Assembly (NCBI GenBank): GCA_053919585.1
Contig: CM132816.1
Direction: 5' to 3' (one strand)
Length of the DNA: 64,000 nt
Source: Euprymna scolopes
Lineage: Eukaryota
Shown: piece after piece, positions 26,229 through 39,242 of the stretch
How positions within the stretch are numbered: position 1 is the first letter of the stretch
Layout of the letters: the number at the start of each line of letters is the position of its first letter
Notes under the pieces: model-generated
Told to the model about the DNA's origin: nothing
Databases searched by the model: none
The model's input: only the letters and a program-made list of their open reading frames with translations
Made by a program: the position numbers and the translations under genes

Positions 26229-26759
26229 AAAGGAGATGAGAACAATAGTCTAAAGAGCAGAGTGTATTTTAATGTAATAGTGAAATTACTAGTTTAATTA
26301 AAATACAGGAAAGAAAAAGTGTTCGTTGTAATTTAGATATATAATGAGCTTGATAGGTAAATATCCTAGAGCTAATTTAATATTTAGTAATGTGATTGAT
26401 AATTTAAAAATAAAATTATAATTAAATTAAAAATCCGTTTCATGAGAAGGAACAACAACAAAATCAATTGTTTGTACGATAATTTCGGAAAACAGTGTTT
26501 TTATTGTGGTAGACATCAAGTTACGAACAATAATTATTACATATAGTTTTTAAGTTTTCCTCGTCAGCAAATATTGTGAAGGGTTTTTATTAAATGTAAA
26601 ATACACCATAAATAAACCTAGCATTAAAAGTAAGGCAGATGTATCTGGAAAAAATTAAAATAAAGGAATGGATTTAAATTTGATAAGAAAATTAATATGG
26701 GTTAGAGATAGAAATGAAATAGAGTAAAATATAAATTTGGTTTAAGTACTATATATATA

Positions 26760-26929
26760 ACTACTTCATTTACTCACATAAAATTAATATACGAAAGTAT
26801 AAATTTATGCGTAAACTTTAAGTTTTTACTTCAAAAGTGCTCAATACGTACGTAGAGCTAGTTAGTTAGTTATAAAATATATATGGCGATTAAGCTACAC
26901 TGAATATTCCGCGTTTCATCACCTCTAGG

Positions 26930-26932
<3 letters not shown>
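26760..26932. mobile_element. Rearranged copy of the 21183-21745 family: 5' piece in + orientation joined to an inverted, truncated hammerhead piece (26891-26932, -)
   Basis: Sequence shared with 21185-21285 (+) and 21674-21740 (reverse complement); CTGANGA replaced by (TA)n. Confidence 0.75.
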
Positions 26933-26974
<42 letters not shown>

Positions 26975-27078
26975 ATACAAGAGTATGAAATAAAGACACA
27001 AAACTATGTATAGGTAGATATAGAATGGATCATTTATTGAATAATGGAATACAGGAAAACTTTGGGGGATAGAAGGGA

Positions 27079-27126
27079 CTCTTTATGCTAGGGCATTTCG
27101 AAGCCTATTGCTTCTCATCAGAAGAG
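27079..27126 (-). ncRNA. Type I hammerhead ribozyme, fully canonical (CTCTT family)
   Basis: Minus strand CTCTT CTGATGA GAAGC-AATAG-GCTTC GAAA TGC-CCTA-GCA TA AAGAG: all three stems Watson-Crick, AUA site. Confidence 0.9.
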
Positions 27127-28127
27127 TAGAGAAGGTGCTAGGTAGCATGGGGAGATGCGGCGTCCAGCGTAAGGTTCATTCATCTTTTGTGGAATTGATC
27201 TCTCTNNNNNNNNNNNNNNNNNNNNNNNNNNNNNNNNNNNNNNNNNNNNNNNNNNNNNNNNNNNNNNNNNNNNNNNNNNNNNNNNNNNNNNNNNNNNNNN
27301 NNNNNNNNNNNNNNNNNNNNNNNNNNNNNNNNNNNNNNNNNNNNNNNNNNNNNNNNNNNTATAAATGAAAATTCAGAATACAATTGTGTAGCATTACAGC
27401 AACATTTATTGTTAGCCAATTATATGTACTCTTTTGTCAAATAATACATTGTGTTGTAATTCTACATAATGTAATTCAGAATTTCTATCTCGCATATTCA
27501 GCTTATCTACTAAAGATCGTCTCATAAATAGTAATACTCATATTTATTTAGACATTTTGTTTAGAGCATTATACTATCTGTAACCATACGGCACTCTAGN
27601 NNNNNNNNNNNNNNNNNNNNNNNNNNNNNNNNNNNNNNNNNNNNNNNNNNNNNNNNNNNNNNNNNNNNNNNNNNNNNNNNNNNNNNNNNNNNNNNNNNNN
27701 NNNNNNNNNNNNNNNNNNNNNNNNNNNNNNNNNNNNNNNNNNNNNNNNNNNNNNNNNNNNNNNNNNNNNNNNNNNNNNNTAACGCACACTTGAGAATAGC
27801 ACAACTCTTGAATACAATAGACTCTTAAATGGAAATGTGTGTATACCTTCATAAATATACACACATCCGGAATATACTGTGATTATTCGCGAAATGAATA
27901 CTTGATCGGATGTCAAACTCACAGTTGTGTTTTAAAAATGATTTTATAACAGAACTTGTCACCTAGTGCTTTATTGATTTTTATAAGCTACAATATTTAT
28001 TGACTTTCTTAAGATTACAGTGCATCTTCGTCCTGACATTGTTTACGTGATTAAACTAGAAACTAAAATTGTCGTCAAAGACTAAATTAATTGTTATTTA
28101 ATATTATTACATTTTTTATAAGATTAA

Positions 28128-28740
28128 TAGCGAGGGTTCTTGTGCTTGCCGGGTCATAAAATACGCTTAAATAGATTTCAATTCATAGCTTTTCCGTATG
28201 TATTCATACAGAGACAGTTCTGTATTGAATAATATATTGTATCTAATATATATTGGTGATTGAAATTGCTTTAAAAGTCGGGTACCATCAGCTAGAATCA
28301 AACCCAAATCTCTAGCCGCGTCTCCAACCTACGCAGCTATCGAGAGACACGTAAACATATTTAATATTTAACGATTTCAAGAAATAGATTGAGTTGAGCA
28401 TGCGTAGAAAGAAATAATATTATAGTGAAAAATTGAAATTAACAGGACGCATTTTACCTTGCTGATATATGTTTTTTATGCGTTATTCGTCCATCAAAAC
28501 AATGATTTTACTTGTTATAATCTAGTCTTGGTATAAGGTTATTATTTCCTGTGTCGTGTTAGGTGACCAGGAGTTTAAGAGTTTATCGGTTTAAGGTTTT
28601 CACAGATGCACACGGACACGTGCACAGACAGACCAATGATGGTGTTTTGTTCATATGGATTCACGCGACTTTTTTGCTATGAAAACGTGGAGTATCTATT
28701 AAAATTTTAAACTATATTTTTCTATCATTGTCAGTGATGC
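28128..28740 (-). mobile_element. Degenerate Helitron-like non-autonomous element
   Basis: Degenerate TTGCCGGG terminus, tRNA-like remnant ~28290-28345, (ACAG)-type microsatellite. Confidence 0.4.
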
Positions 28741-29479
28741 AAGAATTATTGTATGCTAGACTACCCGTAAGCCGTTGGGTTAGTATTTTATTTTAACTGT
28801 GAAATTAATATATGAGCGTAACACTTGTGACGTAAAGAAAATATTTTTTTGTGACATAGCAGAAACATTTATATGAAAGTATATCAAAATGAAAAAAGAA
28901 TATGGATAGATTTCTATGAGTCGTTCTGTTTATAATTGTTTATTTTTGAAAAAAAATTACAGCCATTGAGTTATAAGTTGTTTGCGATACTTATAGGTAA
29001 ATGTGCACTGAACAGATACCATAAAACTTCAAGTTAATTTCAAATTTTGATACATCTTTTAATTAAAAAGCGAAAAAAAACAATTGGAACGCTGAAAACG
29101 TACACAGTAAAACAATCCGTTTTATTATCGCGTTGATTTTTTTTATTTGTAACGCCAATTAAAACAAAAACATATTTTCGGGGTTATTTATTTATGTCGG
29201 TAGTGTAGAAGAAAATGTATGAATGTTTTTTCAGAAAGGTCAAAATCTGCAAAAGTAGTGATTTGTGTTTATTTGTTACACTGTTACGGGTTTTTGCTTA
29301 TGTACGCATGCGCAACCGGAAGTCGTAAACCGGATGTTTGGTACAACACCCGTTTCAAGGTCATTTGAGTTTTATAATTATATAGATTTCAGAAATTTTA
29401 CTCGAATACAGATTTCTATTTTCAGGAAATTGATCTTTTAAAAATTAAAAATATGCATTATCTTGTAGTCTATTTTCGT

Positions 29480-30390
29480 GACGTAATCACTAAATGGCCA
29501 AGTTCTCTCTGACACTCTCCTCTGATCTTGAGACTGTGGCACAATGAGGAAGACGTGGTTTGTTAATTTTCAGGCATCTAAAACCCAAGTTTCTATTTTT
29601 ACATCATTAACGCTCTGATTCTATACTGGCATCAAGTGAAATTAATCGCTCTCTTGGAGAGGCTTCGAGGTCTGACCTTTATTATAATCTGGAATGATAC
29701 CCGTACGTCAAATGCATTGCCAAGATCACTGGAAAAATGATGGGATCCTTCTACTACTCCTTTAGATATTTCACTGCTGATGCAATTCTCTACCTATATA
29801 AAAGTATAGTTGGTTACCTATTTGGTAAGGATTGACTACCATTGCCACATTTGAGCAGGATCTGTTGGTCGTAGGTTATCCTACCTTGACAGAGTTCAAA
29901 ATAGACTTCGTAGCCGAGTAAGGAGTGCTATTTCTCTTGCCTGTAACCTCTTACCTCACAGAAAGGATGTTGCGAGGCAGTCTCTGCTTGATCGTTATGT
30001 TCATGGCAAGTACTTGTTTGAGATCTAATTTAAGATCCTCTCGCCAAAAATTAATGAATAACACTCGTCTAGCTGAAAGCACTTTCAATAATTTACCCAC
30101 TCTTTGCCTGTACCTAAACCTAACCGTAGATTTCGTGAACAAAGCTTTTTCTTCTAACTGTACGCTGGTAGAACTCTGTTCTGTTTTCCTGTTTTCCATT
30201 TTTACTACAATATAGTCGTCTTCAAGTCCAACGTAAACAAATTCTTGATGAGCCGTACCCTTAAATAAACTAATTTATCAAATTTTGATTAGTAACGATT
30301 ACTATACAATCACATTGACTAGTGTAAACTCAGCAACCCTCGAGTGGCATCCGGGCATTGAGAAGTGGTGACTCCTATTTTTTTAAAAAA
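29480..30390 (+). mobile_element. CR1-group LINE 3' fragment, subfamily B (longest copy)
   Basis: Remnants LSSDLETVAQ..FVNFQASKTQ, LYLYKS, YHCHI*AG, SYLDRVQNR; subfamily B 3' UTR and A tail. Confidence 0.85.
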
Positions 30391-31520
30391 GCGTAATTTA
30401 GTATGTTGGATATTCTTAACTGGTTATTGGTGGTCAAGTCAGGAAAGGCATTGTTCTTTTTTCCCCACATATTTTCGTATGTCGTATAATCAAACGTGTG
30501 GCAGTACTTTTTTTATTTACTAGAGTTCCTTAGTTTAGTTCCTTAAATGTTGTCTGTGTATACCCCGGCAGCTTTCGAAATCCGCCGGAATATTGCGAAA
30601 ACACCCCGAAAATAAAATACAAATGCAGTGAACATCTCAGCAGGCGCCAGGCGATAAATTGAAAAAAATATTTTGTTGTACGCGTAAAAATATGTATGTG
30701 ATAAAAGAAATACATGTCAATCAATGGAGAATCACCTATTAGACAATGGCTAAGTATAAAATATATGTATTCTTTGTTCTAATAAAACAGTTAGTGTCTT
30801 CTGTACTTACTAAACGATGGATCCCGATTATTTTGAATTTTAACCATATTGTTTTAGTGAGGGAAGTCTATTTTATATTGAATTGTAAATGAATGATGTT
30901 TCTTAACTACTTCATTCAATTTAAGAATGTTTTTATAGATTAATATTAACAAAGTAAAATACGACAATATTTTAATTTTTCGTAAAAAAACTAAAAACTA
31001 ACTTTGGAGCAATCGTATGAAGAAAAAAGATTTTTTCAACTACTTTTGTAAAATTGATTGATTATCCCCTAGAATAATGAAGTAAACTTCCGATTAAGCA
31101 GATACTATTTAAACTGACAGAAGGTTCATTTTTCTCCCAAGAATGCTCCATTTTCTGGAGTTAGATTTATTTTCTACATATTAAAATCGACACTATTTCA
31201 AACTTTTCCCTCGTAAATAAAAACAATATAAATAATGCAAAGGGCAATACTTTATCTCCTTCGGATTAGTTATTTAAAGAATAAACAAGAGGATGCCGCA
31301 TTTCAACTTGCACTGTTTCCTGAGGCAAACACAGAATAATAATAAAAAGAGTAGATACTGTGGTTTTAAAAGGCGATTAAGTATCACTCGAGAGAAGAAA
31401 AAGCGCAATCCAACCAGCAGTCATGTCACGATTTTTATTTCTTACTGTCCGATGACTAACCCAGTCAGTTCATTTTTCTATCCGGGGACATTTTACACGT
31501 GAGTGAATTATCTTATAAAA

Positions 31521-32325
31521 TCTCTATATCAATCTATTTATCCACTATTACATAAACGTCACAGTGTGTATGTTCATTCCTTATAGGTTCCGAATAGTCT
31601 GAGCCAATCTTTTGCAACTTTCACACAAGGACAACGTATATATCTGATACTGTTCTTAGATATGTATTGTACAGAAATTCTTCCGTTAAGTTTCGAAATA
31701 TGAAAAACTCCGATTGTAAAATTAGTCTCTCTTTCCTATAGATAAAAAAGTGAATATTTTACGTTTGTCCCGCTAAGGGAGATAATGAAATTTCAGCAGA
31801 TCACTTTTTCTTAAAACGCAGATTTAGTATAATCAAGAGATATGGCTTAGTGGTAGAGCACTTGACTTCTTTTCAAGCTTGGGTCTACCTCACTATTTTA
31901 TTTTAATTTTTTCTTATTAATATGTACAATTTACGATAGAGGAAGACGTAACATTTAAAATCGCCGCAAATCATTTCCCTGTTTGTATACTTAAGACTTA
32001 AACATTAATCAAAAGTAACTTTTAGGGGGAATTCATCCGACGTGATATTGTAAACAAACAGAGACGGAATTTTATGAAAGACATTATCATTTTTATTTTA
32101 TTATTCTATTTATTTATTTCATTTATTTACTTTATTTATTTATTTATTTTATTTATTTATTTATTTATTCATTTTTGCGAATTAGTTCACCGAGCAATCA
32201 ATTCCTCGTAATATATAATAATCAATAGAGAATTGATTCTATACTAATACATATGCAGTGTGCATGAATAAATAATATCATATGTAAGCATATTATACCC
32301 CGGGCAACGCCGGACTGCCAGCTAG
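31521..32325 (+). mobile_element. Non-autonomous Helitron (near full length) with internal tRNA-like A box
   Basis: A|TC 5' start; 3' hairpin CCCGGGCAACGCCGG then CTAG|T; TGGCTTAGTGGTAGAGCA at ~31843; internal part also seen at ~52770-52890. Confidence 0.7.
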
Positions 32326-33011
32326 TGAAAGAATATTTAAAAGAAACAACAACTGTATAATTGCCCGGTTGTCTATGTTTATATTCATTTTAGTATGGCT
32401 ATTTTGTAAACTGCACTATTTGCCCGTTTAACAAATGATCATTTATCTATGTGATTTTGCAAATTACATTTAATAAGTACAGTAAAGTTTGATAATGAAA
32501 TTATCTTTAGGACGATATTTTCATAAAACTACCAAGTGTTCTTGAGTTAATGCTCACCATGTACATTAGCATATAAATTATTATCGCTTTCATTACTGAA
32601 ATGTTTGGCTACACCGTCTTCGCCATTACCATCAGCAGCAGAAGCAGTGGTCCTAGCTACATAGTTATCCTTATAAAAGTAATTATCTTCATAAACATCA
32701 TTATTATAGACATCTTAATCAGCAGCAGCAAGAACATCATCAGCAGCATCGAAATTATCATCAAAAGCAGTCACGTTGTTATTGTCATCACCATATGCCA
32801 AACAATCATTATCATCATCATAACCATCGACCTCATATTTTGGATTGCGCCAAATAATTAATTTATGTAAGTGCTGTGCTATTTATTTAATTTCGATCAT
32901 AGCTAACGCATTGACGCCCAACCATGAACGACCTTCGCAATGGTAGTGTGTGCTTTTACGCCACACAAAGGCTGTTGTATAGTCTTTACGTTTTCAACTC
33001 TAACCTTATTT

Positions 33012-34720
33012 TCAACTCGTTCTGTTTGCTGCGATACAGGTACGTTTGATCAATAAAGTAATTGTCATCTGTAATCTCCCATCACCGCCTCTTCCTATAT
33101 TCATGGCTTGGCTTCGCGAACGAAGATCAAGGAAGGAACTTGTCAATGTTTTCTGCAGACACGCGCGAGGCTGGCGAGTCCAATGCGGATAATCAGGTTC
33201 ACCTGCATCAGCTGCGGGTTGGGATCTGGTCTGTGTTTTTGAGCTGTGGCTAATTGGTGCTTCCTCCTCCTGCGTATTCCAAACAAGTCCGCCGAGTGTT
33301 CTGGAAGAAAAACTGCTTGATGCATGGCGTGCGGTCAAATATCTCAGTCCGCTGCAAAAGTTGGCATTGGCGGTTGTACATGGAACAGGCACCAGGAGAT
33401 TTCTTCAGGCAGTCTTTGTACCAATTTGATGCTCCTTTGTGGCAGGAGCCAGTGAAAAGTTCGCCATACAAAATTATTTGGAGAAAATGGAGGTCTTCCA
33501 TCATGGGACGTGGCCAGCCTTGCGTAGTTGTGATTTTAGCGACATCACTTAAATATTGCTGAGTTTGGCTTGTTCGAGCACTTCAAGGTTGTTCGAACCC
33601 TTAACGGTTAGTAAGCTCTAGTGAGTGTTGAAGATGGTACGGAGGTACTGTTTGTGAAAACGCCAGAGGAGCCGAAGATGACTACGATAGAAAACCCACA
33701 ACTCTGAACCATACAAAAGGCACTAAGCACACACAGATATTGGTAGACCTTTTCAGGTCATTGTTTCTCTACACATACTGATTAAGTTTACCAAAAGCAC
33801 AGTTGATTTGACCAGCCTGTTCTCCGAATCCTTATCTATACTGGTGGTTGATGATATTTTGCACCCAAAGTTGGTGAATTTCGGATTGTCTTCATGTTGG
33901 TCGCACCGATGTTGATGATAAAGAGGGTATACTCTTCTCTAGGTTCGACCTTGTAGATGATCTCTTTTTTGAGTCCATAGTGCTCAGCGCCTTCTGCGAA
34001 ACGGGGCATTAGACGATGTAAGGCTCTCTTTCTTTGCACAACAATTCAGCATCATCGGCGAAAGGGAGGTGGAAAATTAGTGGAACCAGGGTCATTGAGT
34101 AGGCATGTAGGCTGTTATGTATAAATGGCCACGCTGCTCTTCATGCAGCTGGACAGCTATGTTGCGGAACTTTGTGCGAGCAGCCTACCGTCCTATCAAC
34201 TGCCACATTCCTTTCCTGCTTACAGTGTCAAAGTTTTTCCGTGAGATCTATTAAGATAAGCTTCAATCAGTTGTTCTGTATTCGGCATTATTTTTATACT
34301 ATCTAAAAACAAAGACTATGTCTATTGTGTTCCTGTTGTCCATGAAGCCGCATTCGGTCTCCGAGAAATAATTTTTAGCGACGAAGGGTACCAGTCTGTT
34401 AAGCTGAATCCTTGCAAGAATTTTCCTGTGACGTAACTGGAGCAGTCCGACTTTCCCCTTCGTTCTTGTGCTAGATGATGATCACTGCATAGCGGATGTT
34501 TTGAGGCAATTTGTCCAGCTCCCAGCAACGGATCAGAAGCTGATTGATTAAGTGCAACAGAAGGCCACTATTTTTCCAGATTTCTTGTTGGATTCCGTCA
34601 ATTTCTGATCTCTTAGATCGTAAGCGACTCGTCTGATTTTAGCTTTCCTTGGCTGCTTGGAAATGTGAGTAATTGCCGAATTTTGAACACTGCTGTCAAC
34701 ACTGAAGAGGGGTTGGAATT
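33012..34720 (-). mobile_element. Degenerate RTE-clade LINE (RT region)
   Basis: Minus-strand remnants PFADDAEL, RLMPRFAEGAEHYGL, ILYGELFTG..KG..YKDCLK; multiple frameshifts. Confidence 0.8.
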
Positions 34721-34813
34721 GTTTAGAGAGACGGTTTAAAATGGACGCCTTGTCGGTAACGAGCGATTATCCGTCTGCACCGTGCAATAGGTTTTTTATC
34801 TTTTGTGTAGCAC

Positions 34814-34901
<88 letters not shown>

Positions 34902-35268
34902 GAACTGTTTTATGTGATATCAACACATTGCAATGCCTGTCAAAGAACCTAAGCTCTCGAGAGATACATAAACATAATGTTTTGTGGGCGATCTTAATTT
35001 AAAGAGCGGGAAACATTTGCTACTATATAATGCTGGCTTACATAGTTGAGTGAATGGGGCAAGGTGGGCAAATTATAATATTAAAAAAATAACGGTGCAA
35101 ATGGGAATATTTTCGCTCATAACACACTACAGTATGAGTTTAGAATGGTAGCTGCAACAATAAAGAGCGTTATGATAAAGAAAAGAATTAGAGAAATACT
35201 TTAATAAGTATGATTGACTTAATAGGGTGTAATAAAAATTACGTCAGAAGTTCGAATATATGTATATA

Positions 35269-35324
<56 letters not shown>

Positions 35325-35630
35325 ATTGATATGTAGTTTGCTTGAAGCATTGTGTGGGATACGTATGTAAAAGAAAGTTAGAAGGCTGTCACAATGCGAG
35401 GAATGAATTATAGTCGCTGTTGGTAAGAGGAGACGAGAACAAGTGGCGATTTACAAATCAATAAGTACATATTTATATATTTTATTATTTTTTATTTTTT
35501 TTATATATATATTTATTCAGTTGTATGGTAAAATGTCTTACTTGTATTCATGCGACGTATTCCATTATTAATCTCGGAAACATTTTCCCTTTTCAAATGG
35601 TGTGCGTAACAGGTCGATTCAAAGCATTCT

Positions 35631-35701
<71 letters not shown>

Positions 35702-35967
35702 TAAGAATCAAGAATGCATACACAAAAAAATTCAATATAAAAAGGCCAAAGTTTAATTTATATCGTCCTATTTCTGTTGAAAACAATTTCGAAGAATCTT
35801 CATTTTTGTTGTCTGTCATGTTGCGAAGAAACAATACTCGACTATTAATTTTGCCAAAGGCTTCAGGCGGTGCCTGCATAATGCACATACTGTAGATTTA
35901 CATTGAAATATAGGGGGGGACATTTACTTACCCAACAGAGCTGATCAGGGATATCGACGTAGTACTA

Positions 35968-36701
35968 TGTAAGTGTGTGTTGGTTATTTTGACTGAGATT
36001 TGTTGTATGTGCAGTAAGTAAGTGTAGGAGAATGCACATGTGTGCTTGTATATGTGTTTTATATTGTTGTTTGTGTGCGTTCACAGAAGTACGTGGAATA
36101 GGTGTTTATATGAATGTTATTGTGTGCATGTATATTTGAAAGAGTTTATGTTATCGGTTAATATTTCTTTGTTTTGTAAGGAGATGAAGTACCGGAGTGT
36201 ATATAAGCCCAGATCATTTCTACTACACCTATCTTTCTGCTATCTTTCTTTTTCTCTATCTCTCTCTTATTTCTCGTCGCTTCGCGGCCCGTACTTGTTG
36301 AATCTGTTAAAACGTGTCTGTTTTACTCTCCCTACGTTTTCCTATTTTCTCAAAATGTTCAAAAGTTTACTTTTATTTTGTTTCTTTTTCAAACGGGCGT
36401 TTCATCTGTTTATAATTTTTATAAATCTCCTTTTCATGCGTGCGAATTCTTTTTCTGACTTAAAGTCTTTTTCCAGGCGTTTCTTTCTATATTTTTCAGT
36501 TCTTTCTGTCCTTCCTTTTGTTTACAATTGTCCCCGTCTGTTTGTCTCTTTGTTCCGTGGTAACAAAAAAATGTTTTTTCGGGTCGGTATCCTGGTCACG
36601 GCACAACACTCTACCCCCTCACTGATGAAGCTGGTTAGGACCCCTGTTTATTTAGGTCATTCTCTGTTTGTGTCGTCTAATCTTCTCTGAGGGTTGTTAC
36701 A
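35968..36701 (+). mobile_element. Possible solo LTR (TGTAA...TTACA) with internal TATA (GTATATAAG ~36199)
   Basis: Terminal TG...CA 5-bp inverted repeat and T-rich LTR-like composition; no TSD seen. Confidence 0.3.
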
Positions 36702-37618
36702 TTGACTCCTGTATACTGAAAGCGAATATCGAAGCCGCAGGCAGGAAGAAATACAAACTCGTGTACTCTAGTCTACAGAGTTAATTTTCACAAACTTATG
36801 TACAAATGTTTTTACAAATATCATTCAGTTTGTCAAGGTCTCAATCTCTTTACAGGCAGCGTCAGACGGGTCGAGAGGAGGTAGAGGAGCCCCATCTCCA
36901 GGGAAAGGCGGTTTCTATACACTCTGTTCTCTCCGAAATCAACAAGCAATCTAATTTTAGAGCGTATTGACCCGATGTGGGTGGGGTGGAAGTCTCCCCA
37001 GCCAATCAAATCACGCTAAACCCCAACGATCTGAGACCCAATTCAAGATTAAACTCCCATAACCTTGAGGTCATCACCCATCACTCAGCCAGTACAATAT
37101 GTCTTCTAACATCCTCACACATCCTATTGTTAAGTTTTTCCCAAATAACAAAATATCTCGGGTTTTTCCGACCAAAAAGCAAATATATCTATTTTGACAA
37201 GGAATTAAAATATATATATATATTTATCCACCCTAAATTGCCGAGGCAACTGCAGTTACCCGGGATCGGTCTGAAGCTATTTTAGCATAGTTATTCAGCC
37301 TCTCCGCGTCTCTGGGAGAATCTAAAGCTTCACAGTGAGGGATTACGTCACACGACTACACGAAACTAATTTGCATATTCTTTGAAAAACATTACTTAAT
37401 GATTCATACAGTGTCGTCTGAGATGATCGGTTTTAATTAACAATCACGCCGAATGCTTATTATCCGTAGTTTCTACATTCTGCATGGGTACGTAATATTT
37501 ATAATGAAAATTTTTCTAGTACAGTGAAATATTTCTCTCCTTCCATATTTCTCCATCTCTCTCTTTCTCTCTTTCTCTTTCTCTCTCACTATATATTTCT
37601 CTCGCTCTATCTCTCTCT

Positions 37619-37669
<51 letters not shown>

Positions 37670-38069
37670 TCTACAGAAGAACAGAAAAATATTGGTACCG
37701 TCGGTTTCAAGCCTAAAGTAAGGTGGGGCAGTTAATTGTAAATAATTTTAGGCTTTCGTCAGCCATGTAGTTTTCTGATCTTCTGCATAGGTTGAAAAAA
37801 TCTTAAGCTCTTATATTGAATTTTTTCTTTGTAATACAGCACTTTGATAAAATCNNNNNNNNNNNNNNNNNNNNNNNNNNNNNNNNNNNNNNNNNNNNNN
37901 NNNNNNNNNNNNNNNNNNNNNNNNNNNNNNNNNNNNNNNNNNNNNNNNNNNNNNNNNNNNNNNNNNNNNNNNNNNNNNNNNNNNNTTATATATGTTTATA
38001 TATATAAACATATATAAGCATATATATATAGAGATAGATAGTTATATATATAGTTATAGATGTATATAT

Positions 38070-38125
<56 letters not shown>

Positions 38126-38455
38126 TGATAATAATTTCTCTTGTTATGCCCCATACACCTATATAATTAAAAAAGGCATTTACGTTCAGACCCTTGCCCT
38201 ATATTCTTCCACATATAAAAGATATACCTAGGCACACATATACTGAACACTCAGATCATACCTCAACATGCCATCTATTTCATTTTGTAATATCAACTAT
38301 ATTCATCCTCAATCGCTTTGATCACTGCAGTCCTCCTATTTCTCTTAACCAACAGTTTCAATATATTGCCCCCTTTCTCTCACGTTCAAAAGTTTCGCTC
38401 CTAATGTATTTCTCTAGACGTGGCATCTCTAATATGGTACCTAGCATATTTTTTT

Positions 38456-38503
38456 CTCTTCTGATGAGAGACATTAGTCTTCGAAATACCTAGGTATAAA
38501 GAG
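38456..38503 (+). ncRNA. Type I hammerhead ribozyme, intact core (CTCTT family)
   Basis: CTCTT CTGATGA GAGAC-ATTA-GTCTTC GAAA TACC-TA-GGTA TA AAGAG; palindromic stem III ATACCTAGGTAT; AUA site. Confidence 0.88.
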
Positions 38504-38616
38504 TTTATTATCTAAAAAAAATGAATTGATGATAACTCATTATTGACTAAATAAATGAATAATGATTAAATTTTCATGCATTAGTTTATTTTTTATATTA
38601 TCGTGTTTACTCTTTT

Positions 38617-38656
<40 letters not shown>

Positions 38657-38747
38657 CTGTAGACTTGAACGTTACATTAAACTCAACACCTAACTATTCC
38701 TTTATTATATATATATGTATATATATATAGAGAGAGAGAGAGACACG

Positions 38748-38793
<46 letters not shown>

Positions 38794-39211
38794 AAAGGCT
38801 TGACATTCTAAAAACATAACAATAAAAGAAAACTACGCTTACTGAACGGACTTTGAGTGTAAAAAAACATACCGTCAGGTATGCACGGGCTTTGAATATT
38901 AGTTCAGACTGTATATTTGTAAAATATTTTTTAAAGATTTTTGCCTTTCACTTTTCCATCATAAAGCATCTCCACAATTTATTTGCGTTATGATGTCTTT
39001 ATGGACTATATTTCATAAATACGTAACTGTCGAAAAAGAAACTATTTGAGCATAATGGCTGACGGCAATTTATGATTGCGCAGAACTTCTTGCAAAATGC
39101 ACAGCGTTGCGCATATTTTTGTTTTCGTAAAAATTCATGAATTTTACAAAAACATACATACATATCTAAGCACACACACACGCACACATATATAGATAGA
39201 TAGATACATAC

Positions 39212-39242
<31 letters not shown>

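Noticed and set aside
36040-36690. 216-aa F/L-rich ORF
   Set aside because: Product of T-rich low-complexity sequence; no recognisable domain
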